From assembly GCA_963704885.1 (NCBI GenBank), contig CAVPIB010000004.1, forward strand, positions 416,001-480,000: 64,000 nucleotides of DNA, in the 5' to 3' direction. The DNA comes from an uncultured Actinomycetes bacterium. Lineage in GTDB: Bacteria > Actinomycetota > UBA4738 > HRBIN12. Positions 54,602 through 62,948 of the stretch are shown piece after piece. The notes beneath the pieces are model-generated. The model saw nothing but the letters and a program-made list of their open reading frames with translations, was not told the origin of the DNA and searched no databases. The translations under genes were made by a program, and so were the position numbers. Numbering within the stretch: the stretch's first letter is position 1; the number at the start of each line of letters is the position of its first letter.

Positions 54602-56140
54602 GTGTCCGACCGGTTCGACTGGCATCCCGAACCCGAGCTGATCGACGTGCGCGATCCCGAACGTTCTCGGGCGGCGCTCGAAGACCTGGGCGAGCGGATG
54701 TGGCGCGAGGCGCTCGACTGGCTCTACGACGTCGCGATGCAACGTCCGACCGACTCGAGCCTCTATCCGGAGACGCGCGCGAGCTTCTATGGTCCATCGG
54801 GCGGCCCCGCCCCGGCACCACAGCGGGGACGGACGTCGAGCGAGATCCTGCACGAGTTCCGCGAGAGACTGGCGCCCTTCACGTTCGCGTCGCAGAACCC
54901 CGGTTCGTTCAGCTACTTCACACCCCCACCCCTGCCCATGGCGGTCGTCGGCGACACGCTCGCCGCGTGGACGAACCAGGGCAGCGACGTCTGGCTCGCC
55001 GGTATGGCGGCACCCTTCGTAGAAGAGGAAGTCATCCGCTGGATGCGCGACCTGGTGGGCTACGGTGAGACGAGCTGGGGGGTCCTCACCTCGGGCGGCG
55101 TGATGGCGAACATCATGGGCCTAACGGTCGCTCGCGACATCCACTTGACGAAGCTCCTTCGCCTGGGTGCGCCGCCGCGCGGAGCACAGCTGGAGAACGC
55201 GCGCGTCTACGTCTCTGATCAGGCTCACTTCTCGGTCGCCAGGGGCATCGACATGTTGGGGTTCCCGCCCCAGACGCTGCACGTGGTGCCATCGGACGAT
55301 CGGTTCCGGTTGCCCACGGCCTCAGTGGCCGCCGCGATCGTCGAGGACCGAGCCGCAGGTCTCATACCGTTCTGCATCGCGCCGGTCGCCGGCTCGACGA
55401 ACACCGGGTCCGTCGATCCGATCGGCGAGCTGGCCGACCTGGCCGATGAGGAAGGTCTCTGGCTCCACGTCGACGCGGCCTACGGCGGCGCAGTGAGGCT
55501 CTCCCCGCGAGACGCGGGACGCGTAACGGATCTCGAACGCGCCGACTCGCTCACGATCGATCCGCACAAGTGGTTCTTCCAGCCGTACGACATCGGCGCC
55601 TTGCTCGTGAAGCGACGCGAAGACCTGCTGCACACGTTCCACTGGGAGCCGGAGTACTACCGGGTCTGGGAGTCCGAGGACGAGCCTTTGCATTGGTACC
55701 AGTACTCGTTCGAGGGAACGCGTCGGTTCCGCGCGTTGAAGCTGTGGTTGTCGTGGAAGCACCTCGGAACCAAGGGCTTCGCCCGGTTGGTGGAGCACAA
55801 CGACGACCTGGCGGTGCATCTGGCCGAGCGCCTACGCAGCGAGGGCTTCGAGGTGGTGGAGCCCGAGTTGTCGGTGGTGTGCTTCCGCCACGTGCCGACG
55901 GCAGTCGCCGGAGCGGCGCCCACCGTGGTAGACGCGTATCAGAAGGGCCTTCAGCGCGCCCTGGAGGTGAGCGGCGCCGGGTGGGTGTCCACTACCACGT
56001 TGCGCGACCGGACGTTCTTGCGAGCGGGCATCGTGAACTACCTGTCGGACGATGATGACGCCGACCGAGTGGTCGACGTCCTGCTCGACGCCTCAGAAGG
56101 CGTCCTCGAACAGCTCGACCTCGGTGCCGGCCGCTCGTAG
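54602..56140 (+). CDS. Group II PLP-dependent amino acid decarboxylase
   Basis: TSGGVMAN, AHFS, GSTNTGSVD, HVDAAYGG, DPHKW. Confidence 0.9.
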   Translation: MSDRFDWHPEPELIDVRDPERSRAALEDLGERMWREALDWLYDVAMQRPTDSSLYPETRASFYGPSGGPAPAPQRGRTSSEILHEFRERLAPFTFASQNPGSFSYFTPPPLPMAVVGDTLAAWTNQGSDVWLAGMAAPFVEEEVIRWMRDLVGYGETSWGVLTSGGVMANIMGLTVARDIHLTKLLRLGAPPRGAQLENARVYVSDQAHFSVARGIDMLGFPPQTLHVVPSDDRFRLPTASVAAAIVEDRAAGLIPFCIAPVAGSTNTGSVDPIGELADLADEEGLWLHVDAAYGGAVRLSPRDAGRVTDLERADSLTIDPHKWFFQPYDIGALLVKRREDLLHTFHWEPEYYRVWESEDEPLHWYQYSFEGTRRFRALKLWLSWKHLGTKGFARLVEHNDDLAVHLAERLRSEGFEVVEPELSVVCFRHVPTAVAGAAPTVVDAYQKGLQRALEVSGAGWVSTTTLRDRTFLRAGIVNYLSDDDDADRVVDVLLDASEGVLEQLDLGAGRS

Positions 56141-56449
56141 GGCCACGCTTGCGACGTCGAACCGGATCGCTCGCGGCCGCGCCCCGCTCGACTGCAGGAA
56201 TGCCTCGGCCAACGCACGCACCTTCGCACGCTTCCGGCCCGTCACGGCCTCGAAGCCCGCGCCGAAGCGAGCGCCCCGACGCGTCTTCACCTCGCAGAAG
56301 ACCAACGTGTCTGCTCGGGCTAGGACGAGGTCGAGCTCGCCGATCCGGCACCGCCAGTTGCGCGCGATCAGGCGGTAGCCGCGCCGCGTGTACGCCGCCA
56401 GAGCGGCATCCTCTCCGGCCCGGCCGGCGACCGCTCTGGCATCCGCCAC
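56093..56449 (-). CDS. YraN family protein
   Basis: RNWRC, GELDL, FCEVKTR, RFDV. Confidence 0.92.
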   Translation of the reverse strand: MADARAVAGRAGEDAALAAYTRRGYRLIARNWRCRIGELDLVLARADTLVFCEVKTRRGARFGAGFEAVTGRKRAKVRALAEAFLQSSGARPRAIRFDVASVALRAAGTEVELFEDAF

Positions 56450-56491
56450 GGACCGACCCTACGCGGAGGTACCGACAGGGTTCTGAAGGCG

Positions 56492-56800
56492 TCAGGAAGG
56501 CTCGGGGATCGTGGTGGGCTCGTCCCGGCGCGCGAGCTCCTCAACGTTCACGTCTCGCCGCGTCATCACCCGGACGGTCGAAACGAACCGCGCCGGACGG
56601 AACATGTCCCAGACCCAGGCGTCGGCCAGGTCAACCTGCACCCAGCCTCCGTCCTGCCGAGTGACTTCGACCTTGTTCGCCAGGTAGAAACGGCGCTCGG
56701 TCTCGATCACGTATGTGAACATCGGCAGGACGTCGCGGTACTCGCGGTAGAGCTCCAGCTCGCGCTCTTCTTCGAACCGTTCGATGTCCTCTGGCTCCAC
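56492..56800 (-). CDS. DUF2469 family protein
   Basis: LELYREYRD, ETERRFYLAN, DAWVWDMFRP. Confidence 0.92.
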   Translation of the reverse strand: MEPEDIERFEEERELELYREYRDVLPMFTYVIETERRFYLANKVEVTRQDGGWVQVDLADAWVWDMFRPARFVSTVRVMTRRDVNVEELARRDEPTTIPEPS

Positions 56801-56812
56801 CAGGGCATCCTC

Positions 56813-57472
56813 TCACGCGGTCGCGACATCCCCGCGGCCCATGCCAGGCAGCGAGGACTGCCCGACCCCGGCGAACGACAACCGGTGGATCGGCGTTGGG
56901 CCGACACGGTCGAGGACCTCCCAGTGCTCGGGAGTGCCGTAGCCCTTGTTGTGGTCGAAGCCGAACTCCGCGTACCTGTGATGGATGCTCCGCATCAGCC
57001 CGTCCCGGGTGACCTTGGCGACGATCCCGGCCGCCGCGACACTCGCCGCTACCGCGTCGCCCTTCTTGATCCCCAGGGAGGGGCACGGCATGCGAGGGAC
57101 CGGGAACCCGTCCGTGAGCACATAGTCGGGCTCCACGTCGAGCGCCTTCACGCACCGCCGAAGCAACGCGATGTTCGATCGATGGAGACCGCGGGCATCG
57201 ATCACGGGCGGTTCGATCCTCCGGACCGCGAACGCCACTGCACCGGCGACGATCCGTTCGTAGGCGGCCTCGCGCTGCAACCGTGTCAACAGCTTCGAGT
57301 CGTCGATGCCCTCGCGGTCGAAGTCGTGGGGCAGGATCACGGCCGCCGCGACCAGAGGGCCGGCGAGAGCGCCCCGCCCGGCCTCGTCCACCCCTGCGAT
57401 GCGTGCGAACCCTTGATCCCTGAGCGCCCGCTCGTAGCGGTCCAGGTCCAGACCGTACCTCAGTGCAGCCAC
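56813..57472 (-). CDS. rnhB: Ribonuclease HII
   Basis: GVDEAGRG, DSK, KGD, AKVTRD, KGYGT. Confidence 0.96.
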   Translation of the reverse strand: MAALRYGLDLDRYERALRDQGFARIAGVDEAGRGALAGPLVAAAVILPHDFDREGIDDSKLLTRLQREAAYERIVAGAVAFAVRRIEPPVIDARGLHRSNIALLRRCVKALDVEPDYVLTDGFPVPRMPCPSLGIKKGDAVAASVAAAGIVAKVTRDGLMRSIHHRYAEFGFDHNKGYGTPEHWEVLDRVGPTPIHRLSFAGVGQSSLPGMGRGDVATA

Positions 57473-58200
57473 CCCATCCGCGACGGCGGCCAGATGATCA
57501 CGAACGCCTGGCCGATCACGTTGTCGATCGGGATGTACCCGAGGCCGCCCGGCGGCGCGAAGCGCGAGTCCCCCGAATGGTTCCGGTTGTCCCCCATCAC
57601 GAACAGCATGCCATCAGGCACCGTCTGAGGGCCGAAGGACCGTGTATCCGGATCGTCGGAGTTGACCCAAGGCTCGTCGACCTTGGTCCCATCCACGTAG
57701 GTGACGCCCCTGCGGATCTCCCAGGTCTCTCCGGGCAGCGCGATCACGCGCTTGATGAAGTCGTCGTCGTCGTGTCGTACCACGCCTATCCCCTCGCCCA
57801 GCCAATGCAGCACGCCGTCCAGGACCCCACGATCGTGCGGGGTGGGCGTCGGGTCGGCGAAGACGACGATGTCCCCGCGTTCGATATCGCCGAAGCGGTA
57901 CGCCAGCCGGTTCACCAGGATCCGATCGTCCTTCGTGAGGGTGGGGATCATGGATCCCGAGGGGATATAGAAGGCCTGGATCAGGAACGTCTTGATGATG
58001 ATGGCGATGACGAGCGCGGAGATAGTGAGGATCCCCATCTCGCGGAGGAACCGCCAGCCGGCGTTGGGGTGTTCGTGGGGGGAATCGCTGGGTGCCGATC
58101 TTGGCTCGTAGCTCGGTTCGGAAATCAGTTCGAGATCTGGCAGCTCGGGTGAAGGTGTTGCGGCTAGCGGCTCGGACGATCCCGGCGGGCGGTCACCCAC
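57460..58200 (-). CDS. lepB: Signal peptidase I
   Basis: IPSGSMIPT, FIKRVIA, MGDNR, DSR. Confidence 0.94.
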   Translation of the reverse strand: MGDRPPGSSEPLAATPSPELPDLELISEPSYEPRSAPSDSPHEHPNAGWRFLREMGILTISALVIAIIIKTFLIQAFYIPSGSMIPTLTKDDRILVNRLAYRFGDIERGDIVVFADPTPTPHDRGVLDGVLHWLGEGIGVVRHDDDDFIKRVIALPGETWEIRRGVTYVDGTKVDEPWVNSDDPDTRSFGPQTVPDGMLFVMGDNRNHSGDSRFAPPGGLGYIPIDNVIGQAFVIIWPPSRMGWLH

Positions 58201-58204
58201 CCGG

Positions 58205-58810
58205 TCAGCCCTCGGCCTTCTCCTCCGCCTCGCCGGCGGACACGTCGGCGGCCTCGTCCGCGGACGGCTCGTCTACGGGAGCGTCCACCGCGTCATCGGC
58301 TCGATCGATCTCGGCGACCTCGTCGGTCCGAGGAGCGGCCTGGGACTCGTCAGCAGCTTCGGGCCCGGCCGCGGCTTCGATCGCGGCCTCTTCATCCCCG
58401 GCTTCCGCGGCTTCGGCCTCGGCGGCAGCCATGGCCGCCGCCTCCATCGCAGCGAGCTTAGCGTCGTCGATCCGGCGCTCCTTGATGCGGGCTTTCTTCC
58501 CGCGCAACTCGCGCAGGTAGTAGAGCTTGGCCCGGCGGACCCGTCCTCGCGAGACGATCTCGAACTGGGCGATAGACGGTGAATGAAGCGGGAATGTTCG
58601 CTCCACGCCAACGCCGAACGAGATCTTGCGAACCGTGAACGTCTCGCGAAGACCGCCGTTCTGTCGTCGGATCACCACGCCCTGGAACACCTGAACCCGC
58701 TCGCGACTCCCCTCAACCACCCGCACGTGCACCTTCAAGGTGTCGCCTGGGCGGAAGTCCGGGATGTCCGAGCGCAGATAGGGCTGCTCGACGAGATCGG
58801 TCTTGTTCAT
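58205..58810 (-). CDS. rplS: 50S ribosomal protein L19 with an acidic C-terminal tail
   Basis: [28 protein letters not shown]. Confidence 0.97.
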   Translation of the reverse strand: MNKTDLVEQPYLRSDIPDFRPGDTLKVHVRVVEGSRERVQVFQGVVIRRQNGGLRETFTVRKISFGVGVERTFPLHSPSIAQFEIVSRGRVRRAKLYYLRELRGKKARIKERRIDDAKLAAMEAAAMAAAEAEAAEAGDEEAAIEAAAGPEAADESQAAPRTDEVAEIDRADDAVDAPVDEPSADEAADVSAGEAEEKAEG

Positions 58811-58857
58811 GACAACGGTGCGCGATTGTACCAGTCGCCCCTCTCAGCCCAGACGGG

Positions 58858-59538
58858 CTAGTCGTGTTCTTCAAGCAGGTCGGGTCGGTTTCGTCGCGTC
58901 TTCTCACGGGCGGCTTCGCTCCGCCACCGCTCGATCTCGGCGTGGTCGCCGGAGAGCAAGACCGCAGGGACCTCGAGTTCGCGGAAGCTGCGAGGGCGGG
59001 TGTAGTGGGGATGATCGAGGAGCCCCTGGACCCCGAACGAATCCTGCTCGAGCGAGGCCTCCTTCCCGATGACACCTGGAACGAGTCTGGTGACGGCTTC
59101 GAGCACTACGAGGGCCGCTACCTCGCCCCCGGACAGTACGTAGTCTCCAACAGACACCTCCTCGGCCGACAGGCCCTCCACCACCCGTTCATCCACGCCC
59201 TCGTATCGCCCACAGACGAGGACCAGCGATGGCTCGGCGGCGAGGTCTCGGACCGATACTTGGTCGAGTCGCCGCCCCGCGGGCGAGAGCAGGATCGTGC
59301 GTCCCCGATCGGCTCCGAGGGACTCCACGGCCGCGAAGATCGGCTCCGGCTTCATCACCATCCCCGGCCCTCCCCCGAACGGCTCGTCGTCCACCTGGCG
59401 GTGCCGATCGTCCGTGAAGTCGCGGATGTCATGGATCCGGACGTCCAAGATCCCCGCGTCGATCGCCCGCCCCAGGAGGCTCTCCCGGAGCGGGCTCTCG
59501 AAGATGCCGGGGAAGATGGTGAAGATGTCGACCCGCAC
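58858..59538 (-). CDS. trmD: tRNA (guanine37-N1)-methyltransferase
   Basis: GGGPGM, CGRYEGVDER, GDYVLSGGE, YTRP, SGDH. Confidence 0.97.
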   Translation of the reverse strand: MRVDIFTIFPGIFESPLRESLLGRAIDAGILDVRIHDIRDFTDDRHRQVDDEPFGGGPGMVMKPEPIFAAVESLGADRGRTILLSPAGRRLDQVSVRDLAAEPSLVLVCGRYEGVDERVVEGLSAEEVSVGDYVLSGGEVAALVVLEAVTRLVPGVIGKEASLEQDSFGVQGLLDHPHYTRPRSFRELEVPAVLLSGDHAEIERWRSEAAREKTRRNRPDLLEEHD

Positions 59539-59564
59539 GCCGCGAGGCTAGCAGCGTCGCGAGC

Positions 59565-59771
59565 TCAGGCCGTCGTGGACCGCGCCCGCGGGGTGGTCGG
59601 GACCATCCGCGTTAGTGACACGATCGCCGCGAGCACACCGCTACCGACGGACCGAACAGCGATCCGTGGTTCCCGCACCCGCCGGCTACTCACCATCCGC
59701 GCGGTTCGAGCCATATCGGCCGCACGCACCCGATCCTCGATCTGTGCCCTCGCGATCTCTCCCGTCAGCAT
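59565..59771 (-). CDS. Small basic hypothetical protein (68 aa, MLTGEIARAQIEDRVRAA...)
   Basis: GGAGGTGG SD before ATG 59771; TACTGT -10 (59802-59807) with a CRP-like box at -41.5. Confidence 0.65.
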   Translation of the reverse strand: MLTGEIARAQIEDRVRAADMARTARMVSSRRVREPRIAVRSVGSGVLAAIVSLTRMVPTTPRARSTTA

Positions 59772-59828
59772 CGCCGCCACCTCCGATGATCCGATGAGCG
59801 AACAGTACGGCGAGGGATCGGCGCCGCC

Positions 59829-59844
59829 GGTGACGACCGACACG
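59829..59844. promoter_or_regulatory. CRP-like box
   Basis: GGTGA-cgaccg-ACACG. Confidence 0.55.
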
Positions 59845-59873
59845 CGGTGGGCACGGCTCCATCACGCTCTAGC

Positions 59874-59889
59874 CGTGATCCCCGTCACC
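59874..59889. promoter_or_regulatory. CRP-like box
   Basis: CGTGA-tccccg-TCACC; TACCGT -10 at 59913-59918. Confidence 0.6.
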
Positions 59890-59930
59890 GGGCGCGCCCG
59901 ACGCGGTTGCGCTACCGTCCGCCCTCGGAG

Positions 59931-62213
59931 GTGGTCGCGATCGGAGCCGAGTTGAGCCTGCTGTTGGTCCTCGCCGTCGCTGCGGTCGGGATGGGGGCGG
60001 TGTGGTCCCGCACCCGCCGGCGGGTGCGGATCGACGCGGTCCTGAGTGATCGCCTGTCCACAGCGCCTCCGCGGGACATCGACGTGTGGGAGGCGGTTCG
60101 TGTGGCGATCCGGGTCCCGCCCAAGGAGGGCGAGCTCTGGAGCATCCTCGATGAACGGACGGATCCCGCGCGTTTCCGACCCAAGCTCGCCGACGATGTG
60201 GAGATCAAGCGGTTCCCGCTCCGGTGGGGCAACGACTACGCCATGGCCGCGAACCCTCGAGCGATGCTGTTCTTCCGACTCGAACCGTGGGAGGTCGATC
60301 TCCTCGAGCTGATGGACGGGAGCCGGACGGTCGCGGAGATCGTCGTCGACCGGATGGAGGAAGAGGGCGATCTGGACGCGGGTGCCGCCACTGGGCTCGT
60401 CATGGCGCTTCAGAGCGGCGGATTCTTGGATCCCCATCCCCCCGACGTCGAGGGATCGCTCAAGGATCATCTCGATCCCGCCTCTACCGCACGGCGCAAG
60501 CTCAGGACGTTCGCCAAGACCCTCTCGATCGACTGGAGCGGGGCCGATCATCTGGTCAAGTGGTGGTATCGGAACCTGCTCCGCTGGTGCTTCACGCGCG
60601 TCGGTGCGAGCGTCGCAGGGCTCGCCGCGATCGGCGGTTTCGTGGCCTTCATCGCCGTCGAGCGAAGTGGTCGGTTCGGTTTAGGAGACAGCTCAGCACC
60701 TGCCGAGTCCCTGATCCTCCTCGGCCTTTCCTTCGTGCTCACCTTCGCACACGAGCTGGGGCACGCCGTGGTGCTCACGCACTACGACCGACGGGTCAAG
60801 AGCGCTGGGTTCATGATCTACTTCGGGTCCCCGGCATTCTTCGTCGAGGCCTCGGACGGATTGATGCTCGACCGTGGCAAGCGCATCGTCCAGTCCTTCG
60901 CCGGGCCCTTCGCGGAGCTAGTGCTCGCAGGGCTCGCCTCCGTCTACCTCCTCGTGTTCCCCGAGTCCTCGGTCTCGGGTGTCCTCTTCAAGTTCGCTCT
61001 CCTCAACTACTTCGTGATCTTCCTGAACCTGATCCCGCTTCTCGAACTGGACGGCTACTGGATCCTCTCCGACCTCATCCAGGTCCCGGATCTGCGTCCA
61101 CGGTCCCTCGCGTTCATCCAGCGCGACCTCTGGCACAAGCTCCGAACGCGCGAACGACTCACTCCGCAAGAGCTCGGGCTGGGCCTCTACGGTGTGATCG
61201 GGATCGCGTTCACGATCGTCTCGCTGTATTGGGCGTACTTCTTCTGGCAGGAGATCTTCGGCGGACTGATCTCCGCGCTGTGGAACGGCGGGACGGTGTC
61301 GCGGCTCCTGCTGGTCTTGCTCGGGTTGTTCCTCGCCGGCCCGGCACTCAGGGGAGCGATCTCGCTCGGCCGTGTGATCGGTCGTCGCATCCGAGCGGTC
61401 TGGCGCCGGATCCGGTTCCGGACCGAGTCGAGATGGAGGGTGGAAGCCGGAGGACTGATAGACGAGCTCCCGGCGTTCGACGACCTTCCGGTCGAGGTCC
61501 TGAACGATCTCGCGGGGCGGGTCTCGTTGCGCAGCGTGCGCTCGCTACAGCCGGTGTTCCGCCAAGGCGAACGACCGACCGGGTTCTACGTAGTGAGGTC
61601 GGGTCGCGTCGGGATCGAGGAGGAGGATCCTGAGACGGGCGATACCCAGGTGCTGCGCGTCATGTCGCGGGGTGACTCGTTCGGCGAGCTGGGTCTCCTG
61701 GAGGCCGCGCCCCGATCGGCGACCGCGCGAGCGATCGACGAGTCCGAACTCTTCGAGATCGACAAAGGGACGTTCGACCGGCTCCTCGCCGACTCGATCC
61801 ACGCGCCGAAGTTCGCGCCGACGATGCAGACGTTGATGGAGCTACGGGAGCTGCCGGTGTTCTCGGGACTCGGGTCGGCACCGCTCTCCGAACTCTTGGC
61901 TCACGGCGGATGGATCACGGCACCCCCGGGGCAGGAGTTGATAACCCAAGGGGAGGAAGCCGACGCTTTCTATGCGATCCGCTCAGGCCAGGTCGACGTC
62001 TCTCGCGACGGTGACCACGTCGCGACCCTCGGGCCGGGTTCATACTTCGGTGAGATAGCTCTCCTCAGGTCCTCTCCGCGCACCGCGACGATCGTCGCCC
62101 GCACCCCCCTCCGCGCCTTCAGGCTCGACCGGGAGGGGTTCGACCGCGTGATAGCAGACGCGTTCCGTCGCGGAACCCTGAAGACGGCCGCCGGCAGAAC
62201 GTGGCAGCATTAG
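59931..62213 (+). CDS. PqqD/RRE-like domain + M50 intramembrane zinc metalloprotease + two cNMP-binding domains
   Basis: N-terminal TM anchor; FFRL...LLELMDGSRTVAEIV...LQSGGFL; HELGH, FAGP, NLIPLLELDGY; FGELGLLEAAPRSATA and YFGEIALLRSSPRTAT. Start GTG 59931 is inferred (frame open from 59847). Confidence 0.85.
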   Translation: MVAIGAELSLLLVLAVAAVGMGAVWSRTRRRVRIDAVLSDRLSTAPPRDIDVWEAVRVAIRVPPKEGELWSILDERTDPARFRPKLADDVEIKRFPLRWGNDYAMAANPRAMLFFRLEPWEVDLLELMDGSRTVAEIVVDRMEEEGDLDAGAATGLVMALQSGGFLDPHPPDVEGSLKDHLDPASTARRKLRTFAKTLSIDWSGADHLVKWWYRNLLRWCFTRVGASVAGLAAIGGFVAFIAVERSGRFGLGDSSAPAESLILLGLSFVLTFAHELGHAVVLTHYDRRVKSAGFMIYFGSPAFFVEASDGLMLDRGKRIVQSFAGPFAELVLAGLASVYLLVFPESSVSGVLFKFALLNYFVIFLNLIPLLELDGYWILSDLIQVPDLRPRSLAFIQRDLWHKLRTRERLTPQELGLGLYGVIGIAFTIVSLYWAYFFWQEIFGGLISALWNGGTVSRLLLVLLGLFLAGPALRGAISLGRVIGRRIRAVWRRIRFRTESRWRVEAGGLIDELPAFDDLPVEVLNDLAGRVSLRSVRSLQPVFRQGERPTGFYVVRSGRVGIEEEDPETGDTQVLRVMSRGDSFGELGLLEAAPRSATARAIDESELFEIDKGTFDRLLADSIHAPKFAPTMQTLMELRELPVFSGLGSAPLSELLAHGGWITAPPGQELITQGEEADAFYAIRSGQVDVSRDGDHVATLGPGSYFGEIALLRSSPRTATIVARTPLRAFRLDREGFDRVIADAFRRGTLKTAAGRTWQH

Positions 62214-62242
62214 CATGGCCAGACGACGAGAGGATCTGCGAG

Positions 62243-62455
62243 ATGGACTGTTGGCACTGCCGCCGAACCTCCGTCGGCGTCTGTCGGTTCTGCGGACGAG
62301 GGGTATGCGAAGACCACGCGCAGACGCAGCCCTACATCCTGGAGCTGTTCAAGACCACGGAGATCTCACGCGCGATCGTCGTGGAGGACGCGTTGTACTG
62401 CGGTGCGTGCTCCCCCCGCCCCGACCCCGTGGACCTGCCCGAACTCGACGTGTGA
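62243..62455 (+). CDS. 70-aa Cys-rich putative two-zinc protein (DUF2180/B-box-like spacing)
   Basis: CWHC, CRFC, CEDH, CGAC; GAGG upstream of ATG 62243. Confidence 0.75.
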   Translation: MDCWHCRRTSVGVCRFCGRGVCEDHAQTQPYILELFKTTEISRAIVVEDALYCGACSPRPDPVDLPELDV

Positions 62456-62536
62456 CGCACGTCACATCTCGGTGTGCTGCACGTCACAACATCCCTTGTG
62501 TTGGAGGACACCCAAGCATCGGTGACGCACGACACC
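62451..62536. promoter_or_regulatory. Array of four CRP-like boxes
   Basis: TGTGA-cgcacg-TCACA (62451, perfect), TGTGC-tgcacg-TCACA (62473), TGTGT-tggagg-ACACC (62497), GGTGA-cgcacg-ACACC (62521). Confidence 0.78.
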
Positions 62537-62627
62537 CTCGATCCGCCTCGTGAAGCGCAAGATACGCGCATCGAAAGACGGCCCTGGACCCGAGAAGGGT
62601 CGGAGAGCGACGGAGGAGGTGAACCTG

Positions 62628-62780
62628 ATGGCAGAGAAGAAGATCTCGCCGGTCGCCCCGGATGGCGCCCGCGCCGCTGAGGAGCCCGCCGCTCGCGTGA
62701 CCAAGAAGCAGACCATGAAGAAGCTCAGCCACAAGAAGCTCAGCCACAAGAAGCTCAGCCACAAGAAGTTGTCCAACTAG
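62628..62780 (+). CDS. Lys-rich repeat peptide 1 (50 aa), candidate precursor: MAEKKISPVAPDGARAAEEPAARVTKKQTMKKLSHKKLSHKKLSHKKLSN
   Basis: SD GGAGGAGGTG 6 nt before ATG; paralogous with 62949-63074. Confidence 0.8.
   Translation: MAEKKISPVAPDGARAAEEPAARVTKKQTMKKLSHKKLSHKKLSHKKLSN
62718..62777 (+). repeat. 15-bp coding tandem repeat (KKLSH)
   Basis: AAGAAGCTCAGCCAC x3 plus the variant AAGAAGTTGTCCAAC. Confidence 0.95.
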
Positions 62781-62797
62781 GACACTTCCGCAAGTGC

Positions 62798-62850
62798 CAC
62801 ACCCCCAGATGGGCCCGGCACGCCGGGCCCATCTGCCATCAAGGGGTGTG
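62798..62850 (+). terminator. Strong hairpin between the two peptide genes
   Basis: CAGATGGGCCCGGC/GCCGGGCCCATCTG inverted repeat (62806-62835), extended by CACACCCC/GGGGTGTG; no U tract. Confidence 0.6.
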
Positions 62851-62862
62851 ACGCGAAACACA
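62847..62862. promoter_or_regulatory. CRP-like box upstream of peptide 2
   Basis: TGTGA-cgcgaa-ACACA. Confidence 0.65.
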
Positions 62863-62948
62863 ACGTTTCCGAGACGCCCATCACCGGCGGACCCGGGCTC
62901 CGCGAGGGACCATCGGCTGACGACGGACCGGGGGGAGGTGGAACCGAG

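Noticed and set aside
62451-62536. Short direct repeats as a mini CRISPR array
   Set aside because: Units are about 16 bp with 6-8 bp gaps, there are no cas genes, and they fit CRP operator palindromes.
62550-62627. 76-aa version of peptide 1 starting at 62550
   Set aside because: The SD and the alignment with peptide 2 place the start at ATG 62628.
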